From the NCBI RefSeq assembly GCF_963921235.1, contig NC_086097.1, positions 76,510,001-76,574,000 on the forward strand: 64,000 nucleotides of DNA, in the 5' to 3' direction. A program made the position numbers and the translations under genes. Of the stretch, positions 39,347-50,779 are shown one piece after another (the stretch's first letter is position 1; each line of letters opens with the position of its first letter). The stretch is from Mobula hypostoma. Its lineage: Eukaryota. The notes under the pieces are model-generated. The model was not told the origin of the DNA, ran no database searches, and saw nothing but the letters and a program-made list of their open reading frames with translations.

Positions 39347-39729
39347 CATTGTTTCCACGGATGCTGCCCGACCTGCTGAGTTCCTCCAGCATGTTGTGAG
39401 TGTAGGTATTTGCATTAATGAGCAGGTGTACAATCTACCTAATAAAGTGGACACTGAGTGCATAAACAACCATTCAAATAGCCTGCATTCAGCCCCTTTG
39501 CAACCTTAGTATGTCATGGAAAAATCATTCCTGGAGAAGTCAAACTCTTTTGGTTAAAATTCCCAGTAGATTTGTTACCTTATACAGGGGCAAAATCATC
39601 TTGCCTATGCAGATACATTTTGAAGGAGAATAAAACTCTCACAAATCTTATTACTACAATTTACAATCAACCATAAGAGATGTTGTTAATTGTCAATGAA
39701 GCCTCCTCAGAAAGTAAGCTATCAACATG

Positions 39730-40170
39730 CGAAGGTTCTCAGTCATCCAGGCCATTGCATATTAAGCAGTAGTAAATTAAGGCAACTGGACTTGCTGTGT
39801 TTTCTAGAAGAAGTTTCGCCATACCTTCTGTTCAGAGATCTGTGCAGTTCGCATTGCAATTGGATAGCATATACAATATTGCTCTGAGACAAAATGACCA
39901 GTTCACAAACGGATAGCCCAACATAGGAGGGCTAATACTTCAGGTCAACTCGGCTGTGTATCTACACCTAAAAGGCAAGGGACACTCCTTTGATAATAAC
40001 AATATGCAAATTTTGGACAGAGAGGACAAGCGGTTTGAAAGAGGGGTTAAAGAAGGCATCTTTGTCAAACTGGAAAACTCATCCCTAAACAGAGGGGGTG
40101 GGATACAACACCACCTATCTGCTACCTACAATGTGTCTCCACAACAGTTCGCACCTCCATTCATGCAAAG
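39730..40170 (+). mobile_element. Poseidon/Penelope-type PLE fragment (GIY-YIG C-terminus preceded by an inverted terminal piece)
   Basis: YLHLKGKGHSFDNNNMQILDREDKRFERGVKEGIFVKLENSSLNRGGGIQHHLSATYN; upstream aggcaactggacttg...ctagaagaagtttcgcc looks like an inverted 3' end. Confidence 0.85.
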
Positions 40171-40189
40171 ATAAGACTAATAGCCTCTC

Positions 40190-40300
40190 AAACACGAGGA
40201 ATTCTGCAGATGCTGGAAATTCAAGCAACACACATCAAAGTTGCTGGTGAACGCAGCAGGCCAGGCAGCATCTCTAGGAAGAGGTACAGTCGATGTTTCA
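40190..40300 (-). mobile_element. Young PLE terminal fragment (same subfamily as 61134-61277)
   Basis: cacgaggaattctgcagatgctggaaattcaagcaacacacatcaaagttgctggtgaacgcagca matches the 61 kb insert exactly. Confidence 0.85.
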
Positions 40301-40734
40301 GCTAATGCCCCACCTCCCCCTCGTACCCCATCTGCCATCTACACACACACACACACTCCTTCCCTCACTCTCCTAAAAAAGGAGAGATGGAGACATGACC
40401 AAGAATCTGCAGGCCTGATCATCAATAAAAATAAATGCAACCGGTGATGATAATAGAGGAAGTCTACCTCTGATGTTTGTGCTGCAGAGATCACAATTCA
40501 ATTTTAAAGTCATATAGGAACTGATAATGCACTGTGCTGTTTAGCATTATTAGCAAAAGAGTTAGACATCAGGAGTAATTTTAATCACATCGAAGATAAC
40601 CCAAACAATTAGAGCATAAAATATATTCTGATTCATAGTATGTTTTTAGGGAAATCCAAATACTTTTATCCTATATGTGAAGGGAGCAAATACTGTCAAG
40701 ACAATTTTAAAGAATAGTACATATCTCTGGAAGC

Positions 40735-40926
40735 ACCAGATAAACTGCAGATGCCAGAAATCTGGAGCAACACACACAAAATGCTAGAGAAACTCTAGGT
40801 CTAAGCAGCATCTAAGGAGGGAAATAAACCGTCACCATTTAGGGCTGTGATACTTCATCAGGACTGGGACCATCGATGCTGCCTGACCCACTGAGTTCCT
40901 CCAGCATTTTGTGTGTGTTGCTATAC
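40735..40926. mobile_element. Fold-back PLE mini-element
   Basis: TSD atctctggaagc (40723-40734 / 40927-40938); arms agcaacacacacaaaatgct / agcattttgtgtgtgttgct; minus-strand cagtcCTGATGA remnant. Confidence 0.8.
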
Positions 40927-41371
40927 ATCTCTGGAAGCTATGAATCTATGAAGCTTTATAGTTGTAACAAGCAATTTACTACATTTTTATAAGTTTCATA
41001 CCAAAAGAGGCATTGATAACTGAGTCATGAATCTAGCAGCAGATGAAATTGATCTAATTGAATTGTTGCAGGATGTTAGCCAATGAATGTAACTTACTTG
41101 AATGTTTATACACAATAAAATAAATCAACAAAAGAAAGAACTTTGCTCTCCAAAAACAAATCACTAATAGTTTAATCCATATATGAGCATTTCCATAATT
41201 CTCATATAGAAGCCAAATAAAATTTCATCCCATGTTTCAAATAACATCTGCATTATATCTTCAGTGGGCCAGAAAGTACACACAAAGTATTTCATCAATG
41301 TCTAGTTCACTGTTTTTTTCTCCTCGAGGTGCTCAAGATTTAAGTAAAAAGAATTTAATGATGAGATGATG

Positions 41372-43205
41372 ATAATGAGGCCTTCCTTGGTCTGGGTTGA
41401 CCAGGGATGTTACGTCATAGCTGTCTAGATATGCAAGCCAGTGCAGTATAATATGGAGAGCAAGTTGTTGTCCATATAGCAAGCTCCCCCTCTCCACACT
41501 TCTGATGAACCCAAACAAGCAGCTGAGACTGATACAGTTTGGCACCAGCAGTGTCGCAGCATTGAACTCAACGTAGGACTGCCTACGCCCACCTTGACAA
41601 GCCAGCGAGCACTGTGAGGGCCATGCTTTTTGACTTCTCCAGTGCGTCAACACCATCCGCCCTGCTCTGCTGGGGGAGAAGCTGACAGCAATGCATGTGG
41701 TTGCTTCCCTGGTATCATGGATTCTTAATTACCTGACTGGCAGACCACAGTACATGTGCTTGCAACACTGTGTGTCTGACAGAGTGATCAGCAGCACTGG
41801 GGCTCCACAGGGGACTGTCTTGTCTCCCTTTCTCTTCACCATTTACACCTCGGACTTCAACTACTGCACAGAGTCTTGTCATCTTCAGAAGTTTTTGGAT
41901 GACTCTGCCATAGCTGGATGCATCAGCAAGGGAGATGAGGCTGAGTACAGGGCTACGGTAGGAAACTTTGTCACATCGTGTGAGCAGAATTATCTGCAGC
42001 TTAATGTGAAAAAGACTAAGGAGCTGGTGGTAGATCTGAGGAGAGCTAAGGTACTGGTGACCCCTGTTTCCATCCAGTGGGTCAGTGTGGACTTGGTGGA
42101 GGATTACAAATACCTGGGGATACGAATTGACAATAAACTGGACTGGTCAAAGAACACAGAGGCTGTCTACAAGAAGGGTCAGAGCCGTCTCTATTTCCTG
42201 AGGAGACTGAGGTCCTTTAACATCTGCCGGACGATGCTGAGGATGTTCTACGAGTCTGTGGTGGCCAGTGCCATCATGTTTGCTGTTGTGTGCTGGGGCA
42301 GCAGGCTGAGGGTAGCAGACACCAACAGAACCAACAAACTCATCCATAACGCCAGTGATGTTGTGGGGATGGAACTGGACTCTCTGATGGTGGTGTCTGA
42401 AAAGAGGATGCAGTCTAAGTTGCATGCCATCTTGGATAATGTCTCCCATCCACTACATAATGTACTGGGTGGGCACAAGGAGTACATTCAGCCAGAGACT
42501 CATTCCACTGAGATGCAACACTGAGCGTCATAGGAAGTCATTCCTACCTGTGGCCATCAAACTTTACAACTCCTCCCTTGGAGGATCAGACACCCTGAGC
42601 CAATAGGCTGGTCCTAGACTTATTTCATAATTTACTGGCATAATTTACATACTACCATTTAACTATTTATGGCTCTATTACTATTTATTATTTATGGTGC
42701 AACAACGAAAACCAATTTCCCCCGGGATAAAGTATGGCAAATTAAATGCAAGCTACTGTTGCAGTTTGATGAAGTCTTTGAATTCCAATGTTTTACCAAT
42801 ATTCTTGTAAAAGAAAACTTCCCCATACAATAAAGTATGACTATGACTATGACTTTAGGGACTCCAGCTCCAGTTTTTCCTTTGGCGTTTACTCTTGATG
42901 TCTTCCCCACGAGTGGGTATGGCCGCAAGGCAGTTGAGGTTTATGATCAGAGTTTTCCTTCTCCAAGGTAAGCTGCAACCACAGCTAACGAGTTCCATCT
43001 GCCCAATGTGACTGGTTTTAAGGCACCAGTAGCCTACCTTTGCCCCTTCTCCTGTCAGTAGAAACGGTTCCACTGGGATTAGCAGCTAAGCCACACGTGA
43101 AGGCCAGGATCTGGACTTGGTTATCAAAGGTTATTTGAGTCGCATGCTATTGAGATAATTTCATAGGTAGTGGGAGCTTGTCCCCACTACCACTTCCAGC
43201 TCTAA
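41372..43205 (-). mobile_element. Non-coding RTE-related retroelement split by a Rex1 insertion
   Basis: Sequence appears continuous across aggactgcct|ttagggactcc; RTE 5'UTR-like ggagaaggaaaactctg; (atc)n-like tail near 41360. Confidence 0.6.
41585..42854 (+). mobile_element. Young Rex1/Babar LINE, 5'-truncated RT
   Basis: 277 aa ORF 41691-42524: WILNYLTGRPQY, STGAPQGTVLSPFLFTIYTSDF, QKFLDDSAI, YKYLGIRIDNKLDW; (atgact)n tail. Confidence 0.93.
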
Positions 43206-44707
43206 CAAACTTAAGGAAGCTTGTCGGTTTTAAACATCAGATTCTGCTTTTGCCTGATAGGAGAGTGGTTACAAAAATATCCTTATTTTAAAGGCATTCC
43301 CCGGCAATAGTGAAAGTACAAACCAAACCGCTTTCTCCGTAGAGTAATGGGAACTCTGTAGAACTGTTCCTAAATAATCAATAGTATTTCTGCCCCACAT
43401 ACTTGTTGTTATCAAAATAATGATAAATTACAGATCAGTCAGTAACAGATAATATCCAAAAGGAAAATTTATTTGAGGTGTAGGGAAGAAGGTTACCTGC
43501 TACAGGTATATTGACAGAAACTGTGTCCACACAGGAAAAAAAAAACTGATTATTGCCTGAAGTGACGGCAGAAATGACAAATCCTATTGGAAATTCCAAA
43601 ATCAGACGTTGTTGGCCTTTACTGCTCTCAGAAATTTGAATCAGAAAGGACTTGGATCAGTTGAGTTCATATTTTAAGTAATGTCTGTTCATGCAAGCTT
43701 GGAATTCACTTCACAACCATGTGCTACAGCTATTGTGGTTAGTTTTCTTTTACAAGAACAAAGTGTCATTGGCATATTGGTAAAACATTGGAATTCAAAG
43801 ACTTCATCAAACTGCAACAGTAGCTTGCATTTAATTTGCCAACACCATGTTTACAACGCTAATGTTTTTTGTTGGGAGGGAAGGGAGTGTATTTGTTGTG
43901 GACATGATGAGGGAATGATGGATGGCAACTGGCCAATTTTACTGACTGAGCCACTGATGAATATTTAGGGCACCAGCACACCTATTTCCTATATGCACAT
44001 GGAGAACAGTTTAGAGACACGAGGAGGTTAGGTCTGCGAATACAATAGTCTACAAAAAAAAAGTCCTTCGTATTACACCTAGAGGAAGCAAATGGTCTGG
44101 GATAATGCGCAACAAAAAACCTGGGAGATCTATCCCTGCAAAATGCAATGTTTCCAGACCTAGTCTTGTAGGCAAATTGGTGGAATGTAGTTGATCCATA
44201 AACACCTGAGCAGAAACAGGTTGTGACAAACAAAATTTGCCACATAGTCATTCCAAATTCTATTACTCATTATATTCCATTATTTGGCATTGACTATTGC
44301 CATTCAGAGATGATAGGCCCATGGGCCATCAATATGGAATCACTTTCTTCCTTAAAACTGTTGTCTTTATACTGCAATTCACACTTCAGCCTATCAGAAA
44401 ATTGTTCTTAGTACTTTTTACAAGTTTCATGACAAATTGCAGGCAACTGTCCTCAGCATAGAAAAGCACAGGAAAAAAAAGGGAAATTTGGATTTATATG
44501 AAGAATATTTCAATTGAAATGTGCATTTTCTATTATATAAACATTTAAAATATACATTTTGATGTTTTTATTCAGAATGGCTTAAGACAATAAAATTCAA
44601 CAAGAGAAAAACGATTAGAAAAATCAAGCAAATACTGCCCTCTGCAGAGGGATCATGTAAAATAACACGGATACCATAGAATAAGAAACCTTCAATAAAC
44701 TTAGAAC

Positions 44708-45445
44708 ACCTGCTCATTCACCTCCTCCCTCACCTCCAGTCAGGACCCAAAACAGTCCTTTCAGGTGAGGTAATACTTCACCTGAGAGTCTGTATCTACT
44801 GTATCTGGTGCTCCCAATGTGGTCTTCTTCACATCTGTGAGACCTGATGTAGACTGGGGGACTGTTTTGTTGAACATCTTCACCCCATTGCCAACAAGAA
44901 TTATTTTAATTCAACTGCCCATTCCTGTTCCAACAGGTCAGTTCATTACCTCCTCCATTGCCACAATGAAGACACTCTGAGTTGGAGGAAAAACACCAAC
45001 TCATATTCCGTTTGGGTAGCCTCCAACCTGACTGTAATTTCTCCCCACCCCATTCCTCTTTTCCCATTCCCCATTCTAGCTCCCCTCTTATCCCTTCTCT
45101 GCTCCTCATCTGCCTAACACCTCCCTCTTTGTTCCCTTTCTTCCACGGTCCACTCTCCTCTCCCATCAGATTCCTTCTCCCACAGCCTTGACCTTTTACC
45201 TTTTCCACTCTCAGCTTCACAGTTCATCCACCCTCCTAATTTCCCCTTCACCCATCACTTTCTAGCTTGTACTCCTTCCCCTCTCCCTACCTTCTTATTC
45301 TGGCTTCTTTACCCTTCCTTTCCAGTGTGGCCTGAAATGTCAGCTCTTTATTCCTCTCCAAAGATGCTGCCTGACCTGCTGGAGTTCCTCCAGCATTTTG
45401 TGTGCGTTACTCTGGATCCCCAGCAGCTGTAGAATCTCTTGCTAA
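44708..45445 (+). mobile_element. Neptune-type PLE 3' fragment (GIY-YIG remnant + UTR; hammerhead core deleted)
   Basis: QGPKQSFQVR-like segment, EEKHQLIFRLGSLQPD, gatgctgcctgacctgct...agttcctccagcattttgtgtg. Confidence 0.82.
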
Positions 45446-45719
45446 TTAATGGCATGGATTTTCCTACAGTAAGTTAGGGACTACAAACAAAATAAAATGT
45501 ACCTTGATAAATGCAATGAAGAATCAGTTATGCCTGTCATATGATAAGGACCCCAAATTTCATCTAAAGACTTTTGAATTGAACGTCAGAATGCCTATCG
45601 TCAACAGTAAGCATTTACCAGATAATATTATTTGTTTCAATAACCCCAAGAGAGCATCCCTATTTACTGGTGTGATAGTCTCCATTTCCCAGTCAGTAGC
45701 CAAGGCCCCAAAAGAAGAT

Positions 45720-45945
45720 GCTGACTTTCCGGCTGCTGTCTGTAAGGAGTTTGTATGTTCTCCCCGTAACTATGTGGGTTTAGTCCATGTGCTCTGGTTT
45801 TCTCACACAGACCAAAGGGATACCGATTGGTAGGTTAATTGGTCATTGTAAGTCGTCCCGTGATGAGGCTAGGGTTAAATCAAGGATGGCTGGGTGGCAT
45901 GGCTTAAAGAGCCCACTCCGTGCTGTATCTCAATAAATAAATACA
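45720..45945 (+). mobile_element. V-SINE/HE1-like SINE
   Basis: gctgtctgtaaggagtttgtatgttctccccgt...ggtaggttaattggtcattgtaa; (aata)n tail. Confidence 0.7.
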
Positions 45946-46696
45946 TTTTACATTCTGGGTTCACAATCAATATGAATTAAACCATCATTTTTGTTTTACT
46001 AAAGAGATTTCAAATCAAGCTAAATTCAAGGAGATATGACTTGCACCAACAGATAAATCACTTTTTGACCCTCCAGTTCAAACTACAGAAACAAAAGTAA
46101 CTACGTAGTGTTGCAAAATACATTAAAACAACTGCAGAAGCTGAGAGTCTTAAATAAAACAGAAATGTCACAAACACTTACCAGTGCAGGCAGCATCTGT
46201 AACAAGTGAAATAGAGATCATATTTCAAGCCAAATATAGTGTTCAAGTGTCTTCTACCTGAAACATTTAAACCATTTCATTTTCCAAAAATGCTGATTTA
46301 CTTGGTAAGTGTTTCCAGCAGTTACCCATTTAAAAAAAAGACTATGTTTACCTTTATAGTTATTCTGCTTTTTATTTTCAATGACTGAAATTACTAATAA
46401 CACTGAGGGTACTAGAGATGTCAATTGTTTGTGCATGTGTGTTTAATTACTGAAAACACATGCACAGACAACTGAGATCTCTAACATCCTTTATGTTCAT
46501 GTGTAACACAGGCAGTAGGTATTTCCTGTGCCATTTATGAGAAAAGTCAGTTATCTTTGTCTTTTGGATATAGGACTTCCCTGTCAATCCATTTTTTGCC
46601 TCTGGTGCCTGGGTGAGGCCAGAGTGTCAGTTGGACCAACTGTCAGGATGTTTGCCTGCAAAAATTCTGCTTTGGATTTTAAATAAATTAATAACC

Positions 46697-47080
46697 AGGG
46701 TGATGGAGTGGAAACATGTCTCTACCAAAGGAGGTGTAAGACACTCCTTCCCTCTGTTAGCCTGCAGGTCAAGGTGTAGCACCTGCCTGGCCCCCGATCA
46801 GGGTCATATGAAGTCATGGGAGCAGGTGGTGGATAATTGTATGAGTAGCTGGTGCATATCACAAGTCCTGGTTATGCGACCACTGACGAGAGGTAGACAA
46901 TCTCTGAAGAGTACTGATAATTGCTGGGGGTCACCTGTCTTGTAAAGACACTGCTCAGAAGGCAATGGTTTATCACTTCTGTAGAAAAATTTGCCAATAA
47001 CGATCATGATCGTAAGACCTTGATTGCCTACACCATACAACGTGGCACATAATGATGATGATGATGATGATGATGATGAA
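46697..47080 (+). mobile_element. RTE-related short retroelement with (GAT)n tail
   Basis: BovA-like segment gaaggcaatggtttatcacttctgtagaaaaatttgcc; (gat)n microsatellite at ~47052-47079. Confidence 0.6.
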
Positions 47081-48609
47081 GAATGATCTGGGTTTATGCC
47101 CTGCAGCACTTGTTGAGTGAACGTGCAGGAAATCAATTAAGTCTGTTCATTCACTTATTAAAAAAAAGAACTTTTCTGTAGAAGGAATCTTGTTCTTCCC
47201 ATCTCTGAAATCATGAAATAAACAATCAAAATTCTATTCAAATTCACATTCTTTATTTCGCTTTTCCAATTTGCACAAATTCAAAATTAATCCAAATCAT
47301 TTTTCTTGTAATTTTTAACTACCTCTTTCCTGCACTGACATACCTTGTACTATAATAAAATAATACTGTCATAAGAATATTTCATGCTAATTGAAATATC
47401 TGTAAGAATACAAAAATACAACAAATAGGAGCAGGAACAGGTCATTTTGCCCCTTGATCTTGTGCTAATTGACCTTCCACCTCAACGCACAACTACTGTC
47501 TCACAGCTCTATCAACCCAGGTTCCACCTTAACCTCTGGTGCTGTTTCAAGTTCAAGTTTAATCGTCATTCAACTATACATGAATACAGATGGAAACAGC
47601 CAATCTAAACAGCATTGGTGCAGTGTTAAGGTACAAAACACATTACCAACAGTCATACACAGCACAAGGCACATTATATGTTAGCAGTTAACATACAGTT
47701 ACACAAAAAAATGTAACCCAAGTCCCTGATTGTCATATCCCATAGACTGATGGTGCATGGGATGTTGGCAGCAAGAACAAGGCTGCAACAGCCTGGAAAT
47801 TGCACAATAACAAAAAAGTGAAGCCACAGATGAATGCAATCCAACTTGCCTTCCACCAAGCAAACCCAGGAGAGCGGCATTGATGGGAGGGGCCAGCCTT
47901 CAACTCAGCGTGGACACTACGCCATGGCACTCTGGCATCTCGTCCTCTAGGCAGCTGCAACAGGTGACGCCGTGGCATGAGGCCTTGGTCCATACTACAA
48001 CCAAGGCCACACAGCTCCCTCGCCGTCAGTCCCATCAACGAGCCAATGAACCGAACTGGTAATATTCCACATTACCAACGTCCAACAACGTCTTGCGATC
48101 ACAAGAAAAACATCCAAGATAATCACTTTTGGTGGGTTACACACTGCCTCGCACACCGTCTCTTAGGCCTTCTTCCCTGGATGGCTGAAACAGGCTGCAA
48201 CAGTGAGCAAGAAGGCCAGCTCCGCTGCTATCGAGCAACTCGTTAGTGAAGTACACCTGCTGTACTTGATAACCAGTAGTTTCTTGCAATCATAAAAAAT
48301 AGAGATAAAAGATGTATATTTACACCTATGGTTGGACCAAGATAGGCTGCTGTATCTGAGAGTGCCACCATCTTGCCGAAGGGTATTTTTGTACAGTTTC
48401 TTTCAGGTACTCCAGTTTCCTCCCACTTCCAAAAGTTATGCAATTTAACAGGTTAATTTGTCACTGTAAATTGCCCTCCAGTGTGTAGGTGAGGGAGAGA
48501 ATCTTGCAACTGAGAAAAATGTGGAGAACATAAAATGGGATTCATGTACATAGATTTAGTGGGGCTAATGTCAATTTCCATGCCGTACAGGTCTAAGACT
48601 TCCAATAAG

Positions 48610-49470
48610 GCCACAAGATATAGAAGCAGAATTAGGCCATTTGGCCCATTGAGTCTGCTCCGCCTTTTCATCACAGCCAATCCAATTTTCCTCTCAGCCC
48701 CAATCTCCTGCCTTCTTCCCGTATTCCTTCATGCCTTGACCAATCAAGAATCTATCAACCTCTGCCTTAAATATATATTTAAAACTGCCACAAACACTTG
48801 ATGTCTACAGCTGCCTGTGGCAAAGAATTCCACAGATTTACCGCTCTCTGACTAAAGAAATTCCTCATCTCAGTTCAAAGAGGACTGCCCCTCTATTCCT
48901 AGGCTGTGTCCTCTGGTCCCAGACTCTCCCACCATAAGAAACATCCAATCCAAGTCCTTTCACTATTTGATAGGTTTCAATGAGGTCACCCCTCATTATT
49001 CTGGATTCTAGTGAATACAGGTCCAGAGCCATCAAACACTCTTCATATGACAAGCAATTCAATCCTGAAATCATTTTTGTGAACCTCCTTTGAACCCTCT
49101 CCAGTTTCAACACATTCTTTCTAGGATAAGAGGATCAAAACTCCTCACAATATTCCAAGTGAGATCTCACTAGTACTTTATAAAATCTCAACATTACATC
49201 CTTGCTTTCAATATTCTAATCCTGTTGAAATGAATGCCAACATTGCATTTGCCATCCTCACCACAGACTCACCCTGCAAATTATCCTTATGGGAATCTTG
49301 CACATGATTCCTAAATCCCTTTGTGCCACCACTGTATCCCATCTGCCATTTCTTTGCCCATTCTACTAATCTGTCCAAGGCTTTCTATAGCCTCTCTACT
49401 TCCTCAAAACTACCTGCCCCTCCACCTATCTTCATATCGTCTGCAAACTTTGCAACAAAGCCATCATTCA
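48610..49470 (-). mobile_element. CR1 LINE 3' portion
   Basis: LKLERVQRRFTKMISGLNCLSYEECL...MRGDLIETYQIVKG; tail acaagatatagaagcagaattaggcc. Confidence 0.88.
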
Positions 49471-49544
49471 AATTCATGGAAGAAAGGGAAGGGAAAGGAG
49501 CACGAAGGATGTGATGGACAAGTAAGGAGATTAGGTGAGATACT

Positions 49545-49885
49545 CTCTTTCAGTAATTGCCCCCCTTCTTCATTTCTCATGTCTGTTTCCCCTTCATCTC
49601 CTTACCTGCCCATCACCTCCCCTTCCCTTTCTTCCATAGTCTATCCTCTCCTATCCCCCTTCTCCAGCTCCTTACCTCTTTTATCTATCAACTTCCCAGC
49701 TCTTTACTCTACGTCCTCCCTCTCACCTAGTTTCACCTATCACCTGCGACCTTGTACTTCTTCTTTCCCTCCCCTTACCTTCTTACTCTGGCTTCACCTC
49801 TACCTTTCCTGTCCTGACGAAGGGTCCCAGCTTTAACCGTTGACTGTTTATTCTTTTCCATAAATGTTACCTGTGTGTGTTGTTT
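49545..49885 (+). mobile_element. PLE 3' UTR fragment with decayed hammerhead
   Basis: Pyrimidine-rich tract followed by gtcCTGACGAagggtcccagctttaaccgttgactg (~49811-49846). Confidence 0.7.
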
Positions 49886-49899
49886 TGGATTATGTATGA

Positions 49900-50720
49900 C
49901 TGGCTCTGAGGTCACAATGGGGAAAGGTGCTAGTCAGATAGGGTGATAGTGATATGAGACTTGATAGTGGAGAGTTCAGACAGAAGATCCTGTGATCCCA
50001 GAAGTGACACTAGGATGATATTTTGTCTCCCAGATGTCAGGATCAAGGATGTTGCTGAATGGTTGCAGGAAATTCTAGGGGGGAGGGGAGGTACGGGAAG
50101 GGTGAACAGCTGTAGGTCATTATAAATGTAGGTACAAATGACATGGGTAGACGAGGGATTGAGTTCTGTAGAGTGAGTAGAGAGAGTTAGGTATCAAATT
50201 AAGAAGCAGGACTTCAAAGGCAGTAATCAGGATGGTCAGCCTGACATCAGTAGTGAGGAAGTTACTGGAGGGAATTGAGGGACAGGATCTACTAGGCAGT
50301 CTAGACAGATAGTCTATTTAGGAGTCATCAGCATGGCTTTGTGTGTGGAAAGAACAAAACTTTTAGAGTTTATTTTTGAAGGAGTAACCAAAAAGGTAGA
50401 CAAGGGTAGGGCTGTGGCTAATTTCTATTTGGTCTTTAGCAAGGTCTTCATCAAGGTCCTTGGTAGACTGGTCTGCAAGGTTAGATCCCATGGAATCCAG
50501 GGTAGTTAATTAGGTGGATTCAAAAATTGGGTGGGAGTTGGGAAACAGAGGTTAATTGTTGACAGTTGTTTTCAGAATGGACAGCAGTGACTAGCATCAT
50601 GCCAAATGTTGATGTTCGAATCTTTGCTATGCCTTATTTATTTAAATGATTTGACTGAAAATGCACAAAGCTTGATCAATTAAGTTTGCGAACAATGTGA
50701 ATTAATAAGTCTTGTTGATA
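49900..50720 (+). mobile_element. Degenerate CR1 ORF1 (esterase-like) and RT fragments
   Basis: IGD/IVRxxDRR-like, CLPDVRIKDVAEWL, VGTND; then cagcctgacatcagtagtg and cagcatggctttgtg RT pieces. Confidence 0.6.
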
Positions 50721-50779
50721 ATGATTAGGATCTTCAGCATTTTGATCATTAAATATTGACTGTTTACTCTTAATTCTTA

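Larger units (their letters stand above)
38749..39402 (+). mobile_element. Fold-back Neptune-type PLE insertion with inverted pseudo-LTRs
   Basis: Perfect 14 bp TSD taggtatttgcatt (38735-38748 / 39403-39416); ~158 bp inverted arms 38783-38940 / 39246-39403; centre encodes the GIY-YIG tail RLEEQHLIYRLGSLQPLGMNIEFSNFR*. Confidence 0.92.
38400..39460. mobile_element. Tc1-derived non-autonomous element (family of 5826-6376), split by a PLE insertion
   Basis: Shared body ttgaaccag.ctggccatt...ccacagaac...; terminus cctaataaagtggacactgagtg. Confidence 0.8.

Noticed and set aside
41691..42524. 277 aa ORF as a domesticated RT gene
   Set aside because: It is a 5'-truncated Rex1 copy frameshifted at both ends, with the FADD-type motif altered to FLDD; youth explains the open frame.
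43982..44251. Minus-strand ORFs in unique DNA
   Set aside because: A plausible acceptor but no convincing donor or recognisable domain; it may be non-coding.
49321..49836. 171 aa Ser/Pro/Leu-rich ORF (also 19455-19979)
   Set aside because: Artefact of stop-poor pyrimidine/purine tracts in PLE 3' UTRs fused with CR1 sequence.
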